From the NCBI RefSeq assembly GCF_037042905.1, contig NC_087250.1:19904001-19968000 (forward strand): a DNA stretch of 64,000 nucleotides, written 5' to 3'. The stretch's first letter is position 1, and each line of letters starts with the position of its first letter. This DNA is from Lytechinus pictus (Eukaryota). The notes under the pieces are model-generated. The model was not told the DNA's origin. It saw only the letters and a list, made by a program, of their open reading frames with translations, and did not search any database. A program made the position numbers and the translations under genes. This document shows positions 53,457 through 64,000 of the stretch, one piece after another.

Positions 53457-54302
53457 CAGGTCCAGTGAACATTGTGAAGACTTGGCCTCAGTCTAAACTT
53501 TCCCTTTCATTAAAGGGGAATCCAGCCTTTGCCATAAAATGTTGTGTTGGGAAGTATAAAAATAAACTAGATTTTAATTCGTCATGCGGACGAATTAGGT
53601 GGTCTGTCGTATAGATAGATAAACAGGAAAAAAATATTTAAACAGATATTAGATTGAAAAATAGATAGACAAACAGATTTACATAATCAAACAGATACAT
53701 ACAAGAAAGATAATTATATTAGATGGATGGAGTGATGGATTGAGAGATAAATTATAGGTGGTTATATTAATAAAACATAGACATATAAAGATAGATATAG
53801 AGAGACAGACATATAGATAGAGAGACAGACATATAGATAGATAGAGAGACAGACTTATAGATTGATAGATATATAGATATATAGATAGATAGAGAGATGA
53901 TTGGTGGTTATATTAATAAAACATATATAAACATATAGATAGAAAGAGAGACAGACAGATAGATAGATAGACAGATAGATAGACAGACATATATATAGAT
54001 AGAGAGACAGACATATCATGAAGCTATTACGAGCTATCTCGTAATAGCTTCATGCTGCGTGGTCCTATCGCGTTATGTAAGCGGGCTCTAACTTTCGCCT
54101 GGCGGCTCGCCAATTGATGTTAGATATCGTTCCTTCGCCCGAAGGAAGCGATAACAAAGGATTAAGAGAGAAATTGGAAGATGGTTCTCCTTCTCGTGAT
54201 AGCTTCATGGATAGATAGACAGACATATAGATAGACAAACATATAGATAGACAGAGAGACAGAAATATAGATAGATAGAGAGACAGACATATAGATAGAT
54301 AT

Positions 54303-54343
<41 letters not shown>

Positions 54344-54860
54344 CATATAGATAGATACAGAGACAGACATATAGATTGATAGAGATCGAGACAGAGATAG
54401 ATAGAGAGACAGACATATAGATGAATAGAGAGACAGACATATAGATAGATAGATAGATAGATAGACAGATAGATAGATAGATAGAGAGACAGACAGACAG
54501 ATAGATAGATAGATATATAGATAGATAGATAGATAGAGACAGGCAGATGGATGGATAGATAGATAGACATATCTAAACAGATAGATACATATATATTAGA
54601 CAGAGAGAGAGAGAGAGAGATAAACAGACAGATAGATATACAATGTAGGTAGATAGACAGACAGACATATGGATAGATAGAGAGAGAGGGACGTATTCAA
54701 ACAGAAAGATATATATTAGACAGAGAGATAGATATGTCATGTAGGTAGATAGACAGACAGATAAATAGATATGATATAAAAAAGTAATTATAATCTGTTT
54801 TATTTTGCAATATTTTAGCTATTATTTGTTAGAATTCTTATAATTGATCGTGGGCAAGAT

Positions 54861-56860
54861 TACGAAAGACCATTAGTGCCACGGACAAAAAAAAACACTA
54901 TTTCTACTAATCTGTTATAACAGATTACGGTATTTCTACTAATCTGTTTAAACAGATTATAATCTGTTATAACAGATTACTGTATTTCTACTAATCTGTT
55001 ATAACAGATTACGGTATTTCTACTAATCTGTTATAACAGATTACGGTATTTCTACTAATCTGTTATAACAGATTACGGTATTTCTACTAATCTGTTATAA
55101 CAGATTACGATATTTCTACTAATCTGTTTAAACAGATTATAATCTGTTATAACAGATTAGTAGAAATACCGTAATCTGTTATAACAGATTAGTAGAAATA
55201 CCGTAATCTGTTATAACAGATTAGTAGAAATACCGTAATCTGTTATAACAGATTAGTAGAAATACCGTAATCTGTTATAACAGATTATAATCTGTTTAAA
55301 CAGATTAGTAGAAATATCGTAATCTGTTATAACAGATTAGTAGAAATACCGTAATCTGTTATAACAGATTAGTAGAAATACCGTAATCTGTTATAACAGA
55401 TTAGTAGAAATACCGTAATCTGTTATAACAGATTATAATCTGTTTAAACAGATTAGTAGAAATATCGTAATCTGTTATAACAGATTAGTAGAAATACCGT
55501 AATCTGTTATAACAGATTAGTAGAAATACCGTAATCTGTTATAACAGATTAGTAGAAATACCGTAATCTGTTATAACAGATTAGTAGAAATACCGTAATC
55601 TGTTATAACAGATTATAATCTGTTTAAACAGATTAGTAGAAATATCGTAATCTGTTATAACAGATTAGTAGAAATACCGTAATCTGTTATTACACAAGGC
55701 TCCACATTAACTTTTTTTGGTGGTGGCCCGTTCGGGCCACCAAAACCTTCAAATAATTTTTTTTGGTGGCCCGATAATAAAGTTTGGTGGCCCGAAAAAT
55801 ATAAAGAAAAACATTAAAAATGAATAAATAGGTATAAATGGTTTAATCACTGTCAAAAAAAATGAAAGAAAATAATAACGGCCAAAAAAAAATGTGAGAA
55901 AATTCCTTCCCTAAATTTGCCACAATGTTGGAAAAATTCACATTTCATATTAATGAAATACCTTCCCAAAGTATTTACTTTCTCAAGAGTTGTTTAAGAA
56001 GTCATTTATAAACAAGAAAGAAAGTAACTGTCTGTTTATTTTGGCTAGAAAAGACCGGAAAAGACCCCGAAAAGACACAGCTTCGAAAGAAACCAAGTAA
56101 CAACATACATACAAATGCACATGTGGGACTGTAATGTACTCACCTATGTGTTTTTATGTGTATTATTTTCATTTGGAAATCGGTCTTTTTGAGTCAAAAG
56201 AGAGGTCATGATTCCTCTTTTTAATGCTTGCAAATAATCAGGATACACCAGATATTAGCAAAAAGGTCTGTAGAAGGGCATTTCATTGGTGTAAAATGTG
56301 ACTTTGACTTGGATTTTCACAGTTCTGTGGAAGATTTCTTAGCAGCAACATTTCGTATTGCAGCTCCCTGAGTCTGAATAGGCTGCTAACGCACAGCTGC
56401 TTCAAGCATGCAAAGCTCACGCCAGCTGGCCGGCGCGGCCGGCTGGATAAAAGCTACTTCATGCTATAGCGGTAGGCCAACTTTGTGTGTGTGTTTGTGT
56501 GTAGATCAACAAAAAGGGCGCATGACGAACTGGCTTGCAATTTGAACTGTAGAAAGTTGATAAATGCGTGCAAAATGGGGAGAAAAATTGCGCTATTCTG
56601 AAAATTATTGGTTGCCCGATTCGGGCCACCAAAACTTAATATTTTTTCAATAATGGTTGCCCGAGGTGAATTTCTGGTGGCCCCGGGCCACCGGGCCACC
56701 GCTAATGTCGAGCCTTGTATTACAGATTATAATCTGTTTAAACAGATTAGTAGAAATACCGTAATCTGTTATAACAGATTAGTAGAAATACCGTAATCTG
56801 TTATAACAGATTAGTAGAAATAGTATTTTTTTTTCTCCGTGGCACTAATGGTCTTTCGTA
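54861..56860. mobile_element. IS3EU-like element with a 32-bp palindromic minisatellite, inserted in array unit 1
   Basis: TIR TACGAAAGACCATTAGTGCCACGGA and 6-bp TSD CAAGAT. The empty site GGGCAAGATAGCT is visible in units 2 and 3. Confidence 0.88.
55695..56717. mobile_element. hAT/P-like non-autonomous element nested in the minisatellite
   Basis: TIR CAAGGCTC(C/G)ACATTA, apparent 7-bp TSD TATTACA, subterminal GGTGGCCCG/CGGGCCACC repeats. Confidence 0.8.
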
Positions 56861-56895
56861 CAAGATAGCTAAAAAAAAAAAAAAAAAAAAAAAAA

Positions 56896-56980
56896 TCATG
56901 TTCACCCGCGGACTCGAACCCCTGCCTGCATGATGGAATGAGAAGTAAGTCTGACGCCTAACCGATTGAGCTAGAATATT
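56896..56980 (-). ncRNA. tRNA-like Pol III cassette in array unit 1
   Basis: A-box TAGCTCAATCGG, B-box GGTTCGAGTCC, immediately followed by a long T run. Not a canonical cloverleaf. Confidence 0.6.
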
Positions 56981-59531
56981 TCCCATAGACTTAACACGTA
57001 AGCAAAACACCAGAATCTCAAATCCAATCTTGCAAGTGAATTACGGGCATGATCCCGACATCTGATCGGAAAATGAAGGAAACGCAACCGAAAGCTTAGA
57101 ATCTCAGCTACAACATACTAAAAGCTCAGGGATAACTAGCAACAAAAATTGGAGATATGGCTTACGAAATAGAAGAATGTAGAATCTAGTTTTGAGAAAA
57201 AGTCATGTCCCATAGAGATTACACGCAAAATGAGTAAAAATGACATGCCATTATTATTTGCAATTTTTGAGGATGATTTGTCTATCAAAATGAAAAATAA
57301 AGGCAATAACTCAGAAAGAGTAAGAACTAAGCTACAACATATCAAAAATTGGGTGAAAATTGACCAATATTCACGGAGTTAGAGCAAGATTTGCATAATT
57401 ATAATGACGTCATAATAGGCAAAATGGATTTTTTGAATTCCGACGCCATTTTGATGACGTCATAATATAATTGAGGGTCAAATGAGACATAAAATTATAT
57501 CTCTAGTTCATACTCTATCAAAATATGAAAAAAAAATTGGGGGTCCCCATGCGTTCTGAAGAGCTACAGCGGATTTTCTATAGGCATGTTTTTGCCCATA
57601 TATGGCCTATAGTGAGAGCTCGCGCGCACACGTGCTGCAAACTTTAACGGGTGTTAATTTCCTTATTAATGGTCGTAAAAGGTTGATCAAGGTATCAAAT
57701 TGCTCAAAATTATATGATCAATGCAATGAAATAAAAAAAACGGTGTTTCTGAGTTGCATTCAAGGCGTTACGCGCGGAAACGCGCGCGCATACGTTTGCG
57801 CGCGCAATTTTTTGAAATGCTTAAAATGACCTAAAACGTACTCTGTTTTGGTCAAAAAGTGATTTTAAGCATTTTAAAATTTTGACGCGCGCGTACGCGC
57901 GCGTCGTGACCTTCAGGTGACCTTTGATGACATGACCTGATGACCCTTGATCTGAAGTTTATGTCATGTGAATTTGATTTATTTTTGATAATTGATAATG
58001 GAGATATGATTGATAATGTGATTTTACAAAATGGCGTCTAGATGACGTCATGATGACGTCATGACATTAAGATTCTTGCAGAATTGAGGTCTTATTGATG
58101 TTGATATGTGGTGATATTTTGATGATTATTGAATATGAACTTTCTGAGATTTGCTGTCCACAAGAAATGGAGGAAATAAAAATAAGAAATAAAAATAAAC
58201 TAGATATTTAATTCGTCATTGGGACGAATTAGGTGGTCTGTCGTATAGATAGATAAACAGGAAAAAAATATTTAAACAGATATTAGATTGAAAAATAGAT
58301 AGACAAACAGATTTACATAATCAAACAGATACATACAAGAAAGATAATTATATTAGATGGATGGAGTGATGGATGGAGAGATAAATTATAGGTGGTTATA
58401 TTAATAAAACATAGACATATAAAGATAGATATAGAGAGACAGACATATAGATAGAGAGACAGACATATAGATAGATAGAGAGACAGACTTATAGATAGAG
58501 AGATAGATTGATAGATATATAGATATATAGATAGATAGAGAGATGATTGGTGGTTATATTAATAAAACATATATAAACATATAGATAGAAAGAGAGACAG
58601 ACAGATAGATAGATAGACAGATAGATAGACAGACATATATATAGATAGAGAGACAGACATATCATGAAGCTATTACGAGCTATCTCGTAATAGCTTCATG
58701 CTGCGTGGTCCTATCGCGTTATGTAAGCGGGCTCTAACTTTCGCCTGGCGGCTCGCCAATTGATGTTAGATATCGTTCCTTCGCCCGAAGGAAGCGATAA
58801 CAAAGGATTAAGAGAGAAATTGGAAGATGGTTCTCCTTCTCGTGATAGCTTCATGGATAGATAGACAGACATATAGATAGACAAACATATAGATAGACAG
58901 AGAGACAGAAATATAGATAGATAGAGAGACAGACATATATATAGATATATAGATAGATAGATAGATAGATAGATAGACATATAGATAGATACAGAGACAG
59001 ACATATAGATTGATAGAGATCGAGACAGAGATAGATAGAGAGACAGACATATAGATGAATAGAGAGACAGACATATAGATAGATAGATAGATAGACAGAC
59101 AGATAGATAGATAGATAGAGAGACAGACAGACAGATAGACAGATAGATAGATAGATATATAGATAGATAGATAGATAGAGACAGGCAGATGGATGGATAG
59201 ATAGATAGACATATCTAAACAGATAGATACATATATATTAGACAGAGAGAGAGAGAGAGAGATAAACAGACAGATAGATATACAATGTAGGTAGATAGAC
59301 AGACAGACATATGGATAGATAGAGAGAGAGGGACGTATTCAAACAGAAAGATATATATTAGACAGAGAGATAGATATGTCATGTAGGTAGATAGACAGAC
59401 AGATAAATAGATATGATATAAAAAAGTAATTATAATCTGTTTTATTTTGCAATATTTTAGCTATTATTTGTTAGAATTCTTATAATTGATCGTGGGCAAG
59501 ATAGCTAAAAAAAAAAAAAAAAAAAAAAAAA

Positions 59532-59616
59532 TCATGTTCACCCGCGGACTCGAACCCCTGCCTGCATGATGGAATGAGAAGTAAGTCTGACGCCTAACCG
59601 ATTGAGCTAGAATATT
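59532..59616 (-). ncRNA. tRNA-like Pol III cassette in array unit 2
   Basis: Identical to 56896-56980. Confidence 0.6.
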
Positions 59617-61650
59617 TCCCATAGACTTAACACGTAAGCAAAACACCAGAATCTCAAATCCAATCTTGCAAGTGAATTACGGGCATGATCCCGACATCTG
59701 ATCGGAAAATGAAGGAAACGCAACCGAAAGCTTAGAATCTCAGCTACAACATACTAAAAGCTCAGGGATAACTAGCAACAAAAATTGGAGATATGGCTTA
59801 CGAAATAGAAGAATGTAGAATCTAGTTTTGAGAAAAAGTCATGTCCCATAGAGATTACACGCAAAATGAGTAAAAATGACATGCCATTATTATTTGCAAT
59901 TTTTGAGGATGATTTGTCTATCAAAATGAAAAATAAAGGCAATAACTCAGAAAGAGTAAGAACTAAGCTACAACATATCAAAAATTGGGTGAAAATTGAC
60001 CAATATTCACGGAGTTAGAGCAAGATTTGCATAATTATAATGACGTCATAATAGGCAAAATGGATTTTTTGAATTCCGACGCCATTTTGATGACGTCATA
60101 ATATACTTGAGGGTCAAATGAGACATGAAATTATATCTCTAGTTCATACTCTATCAAAATATGAAAAAAAAATTGGGGGTCCCCATGCGTTCTGAAGAGC
60201 TACAGCGGATTTTCTATAGGCATGTTTTTGCCCATATATGGCCTATAGTGAGAGCTCGCGCGCACACGTGCTGCAAACTTTAACGGGTGTTAATTTCCTT
60301 ATTAATGGTCGTAGAAGGTTGATCAAGGTATCAAATTGCTCAAAATTATATGATCAATGCAATGAAATAAAAAAAACGGTGTTTCTGAGTTGCATTGAGG
60401 CGTTACGCGCGGAAACGCGCGCGCATACGTTTGCGCGCGCAATTTTTTGAAATGCTTAAAATGACCTAAAACGTACTCTGTTTTGGTCAAAAAGTGATTT
60501 TGAGCATTTTTAAATTTTGACGCGCGCGTACGCGCGCGTCGTGACCTTCAGGTGACCTTTGATGACATGACCTGATGACCCTTGATCTGAAGTTTATGTC
60601 ATGTGAATTTGATTTATTTTTGATAATTGATAATGGAGATATGATTGATAATGTGATTTTACAAAATGGCGTCTAGATGACGTCATGATGACGTCATGAC
60701 ATTAAGATTCTTGCAGAATTGAGGTCTTATTGATGTTGATATGTGGTGATATTTTGATGATTATTGAATATGAACTTTCTGAGATTTGCTGTCCACAAGA
60801 AATGGAGGAAATAAAAATAAGAAATAAAAATAAATAATAAATAAAGAAAGAAAATTCGGACAAACATAAGAGGTGATCTGTCATAGACAGACCACCTAAT
60901 AACTAGATTTTAATTCGTCATGCGGACGAATTAGGTGGTCTGTCGTATAGATAGATAAACAGGAAAAAAATATTTAAACAGATATTAGATTGAAAAATAG
61001 ATAGACAAACAGATTTACATAATCAAACAGATACATACAAGAAAGATAATTATATTAGATGGATGGAGTGATGGATGGAGAGATAAATTATAGGTGGTTA
61101 TATTAATAAAACATAGACATATATAGATAGATATAGAGAGACAGACATATAGATAGAGAGACAGACATATAGATAGATAGAGAGACAGACTTATAGATAG
61201 AGAGATAGATTGATAGATATATAGATATATAGATAGATAGAGAGATGATTGGTGGTTATATTAATAAAACATATATAAACATATAGATAGAAAGAGAGAC
61301 AGACAGATAGATAGATAGACAGATAGATAGACAGACATATATATAGATAGAGAGACAGACATATCATGAAGCTATTACGAGCTATCTCGTAATAGCTTCA
61401 TGCTGCGTGGTCCTATCGCGTTATGTAAGCGGGCTCTAACTTTCGCCTGGCGGCTCGCCAATTGATGTTAGATATCGTTCCTTCGCCCGAAGGAAGCGAT
61501 AACAAAGGATTAAGAGAGAAATTGGAAGATGGTTCTCCTTCTCGTGATAGCTTCATGGATAGATAGACAGACATATAGATAGACAAACATATAGATAGAC
61601 AGAGAGACAGAAATATAGATAGATAGAGAGACAGACATATAGATAGATAT

Positions 61651-61683
<33 letters not shown>

Positions 61684-62229
61684 CATATAGATAGATACAG
61701 AGACAGACATATAGATTGATAGAGATCGAGACAGAGATAGATAGAGAGACAGACATATAGATGAATAGAGAGACAGACATATAGATAGATAGATAGATAG
61801 ATAGACAGATAGATAGATAGATAGAGAGACAGACAGACAGATAGATAGATAGATATATAGATAGATAGATAGATAGAGACAGGCAGATGGATGGATAGAT
61901 AGATAGACATATCTAAACAGATAGATACATATATATTAGACAGAGAGAGAGAGAGAGAGATAAACAGACAGATAGATATACAATGTAGGTAGATAGACAG
62001 ACAGACATATGGATAGATAGAGAGAGAGGGACGTATTCAAACAGAAAGATATATATTAGACAGAGAGATAGATATGTCATGTAGGTAGATAGACAGACAG
62101 ATAAATAGATATGATATAAAAAAGTAATTATAATCTGTTTTATTTTGCAATATTTTAGCTATTATTTGTTAGAATTCTTATAATTGATCGTGGGCAAGAT
62201 AGCTAAAAAAAAAAAAAAAAAAAAAAAAA

Positions 62230-62314
62230 TCATGTTCACCCGCGGACTCGAACCCCTGCCTGCATGATGGAATGAGAAGTAAGTCTGACGCCTAACCGAT
62301 TGAGCTAGAATATT
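62230..62314 (-). ncRNA. tRNA-like Pol III cassette in array unit 3
   Basis: Identical to 56896-56980. Confidence 0.6.
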
Positions 62315-64000
62315 TCCCATAGACTTAACACGTAAGCAAAACACCAGAATCTCAAATCCAATCTTGCAAGTGAATTACGGGCATGATCCCGACATCTGAT
62401 CGGAAAATGAAGGAAACGCAACCGAAAGCTTAGAATCTCAGCTACAACATACTAAAAGCTCAGGGATAACTAGCAACAAAAATTGGAGATATGGCTTACG
62501 AAATAGAAGAATGTAGAATCTAGTTTTGAGAAAAAGTCATGTCCCATAGAGATTACACGCAAAATGAGTAAAAATGACATGCCATTATTATTTGCAATTT
62601 TTGAGGATGATTTGTCTATCAAAATGAAAAATAAAGGCAATAACTCAGAAAGAGTAAGAACTAAGCTACAACATATCAAAAATTGGGTGAAAATTGACCA
62701 ATATTCACGGAGTTAGAGCAAGATTTGCGTAATTATAATGACGTCATAATAGGCAAAATGGATTTTTTGAATTCCGACGCCATTTTGATGACGTCATAAT
62801 ATACTTGAGGGTCAAATGAGACATGAAATTATATCTCTAGTTCATACTCTATTAAAATATGAAAAAAAAATTGGGGGTCCCCATGCGTTCTGAAGAGCTA
62901 CAGCGGATTTTCTATAGGCATGTTTTTGCCCATATATGGCCTATAGTGAGAGCTCGCGCGCACACGTGCTGCAAACTTTAACGGGTGTTAATTTCCTTAT
63001 TAATGGTCGTAGAAGGTTGATCAAGGTATCAAATTGCTCAAAATTATATGATCAATGCAATGAAATAAAAAAAACGGTGTTTCTGAGTTGCATTCAAGGC
63101 GTTACGCGCGGAAACGCGCGCGCATACGTTTGCGCGCGCAATTTTTTGAAATGCTTAAAATGACCTAAAACGTACTCTGTTTTGGTCAAAAAGTGATTTT
63201 TAGCATTTTAAAATTTTGACGCGCGCGTACGCGCGCGTCGTGACCTTCAGGTGACCTTTGATGACATGACCTGATGACCCTTGATCTGAAGTTTATGTCA
63301 TGTGAATTTGATTGATTTTTGATAATTGATAATGGAGATATGATTGATAATGTGATTTTACAAAATGGCGTCTAGATGACGTCATGATGACGTCATGACA
63401 TTAAGATTCTTGCAGAATTGAGGTCTTATTGATGTTGATATGTGGTGATATTTTGATGATTATTGAATATGAACTTTCTGAGATTTGCTGTCCACAAGAA
63501 ATGGAGGAAATAAAAATAAGAAATAAAAATAATAAACTAGATTTTAATTCGTCATGCGGACGAATTAGGTGGTCTGTCGTATAGATAGATAAACAGGAAA
63601 AAAATATTTAAACAGATATTAGATTGAAAAATAGATAGACAAACAGATTTACATAATCAAACAGATACATACAAGAAAGATAATTATATTAGATGGATGG
63701 AGTGATGGATGGAGAGATAAATTATAGGTGGTTATATTAATAAAACATAGACATATATAGATAGATATAGAGAGACAGACATATAGATAGATAGAGAGAC
63801 AGACTTATAGATAGAGAGATAGATTGATAGATATATAGATATATAGATAGATAGAGAGATGATTGGTGGTTATATTAATAAAACATATATAAACATATAG
63901 ATAGAAAGAGAGACAGACAGATAGATAGATAGACAGACATATATATAGATAGAGAGACAGACATATCATGAAGCTATTACGAGCTATCTCGTAATAGCTT

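Larger units (their letters stand above)
53565..64000 (-). mobile_element. Tandem array of 2.6-2.7 kb Helentron/HINE-like non-autonomous elements
   Basis: Near-identical units start at AACTAG 53565, 58198, 60901 and 63535. SubTIR ATTAGGTGGTCTGTC / GACAGACCACCTAAT, terminal hairpin AATTCGTC-N5-GACGAATT, CTAGTT end on the minus strand, internal GATA/GACA microsatellite. Confidence 0.8.

Noticed and set aside
54898..55690. CRISPR-like regular palindromic repeats
   Set aside because: The intervening sequences are identical rather than unique spacers, there are no cas genes, the context is eukaryotic, and the array is bounded by transposon TIRs and a TSD.
54065..61910. ORFs rich in SIYL/YLSI
   Set aside because: Translations of the GATA/GACA microsatellite.
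56801..63163. Recurrent short ORFs (MFCLRVK..., MICCSLV..., MAYSESS...)
   Set aside because: They recur only because the unit is repeated, show no recognisable domains, and one copy is frameshifted.

Overview
AT-rich, intron-containing animal genomic DNA. An invertebrate deuterostome such as a sea urchin is my inference from the repeat style, not something the sequence proves. Two spliced protein-coding genes face each other. (1) A + strand gene with 8 coding exons (11326-22852, about 344 aa by my exon assembly): a short basic N-terminus, five duplicated phase-1 exon modules, four of which end in KRxAPxxP (a class I SH3-ligand RxxPxxP), and a C-terminal SH3 domain closely resembling that of SH3YL1 but with no SYLF domain. 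(2) A - strand gene with 4 coding exons (44825-37751, about 1189 aa): a KY/hillarin-like transglutaminase-fold protein with an MGCGGSK acylation signal, an intact Cys-His-Asp triad and about six tandem Ig-like repeats in a single exon. The rest is a dense set of nested transposons with readable TIRs and TSDs (hAT, PIF/Harbinger, Kolobok-like, CMC/EnSpm-like, IS3EU-like, Sola-like, LINE fragments, tRNA-derived SINEs). The last 10.4 kb is a head-to-tail array of a 2.6-2.7 kb Helentron/HINE-like element, and each complete unit carries a tRNA-like Pol III cassette. All coordinates were counted by eye and may be off by a few bases; family assignments rest on terminal structure only, with no database search.
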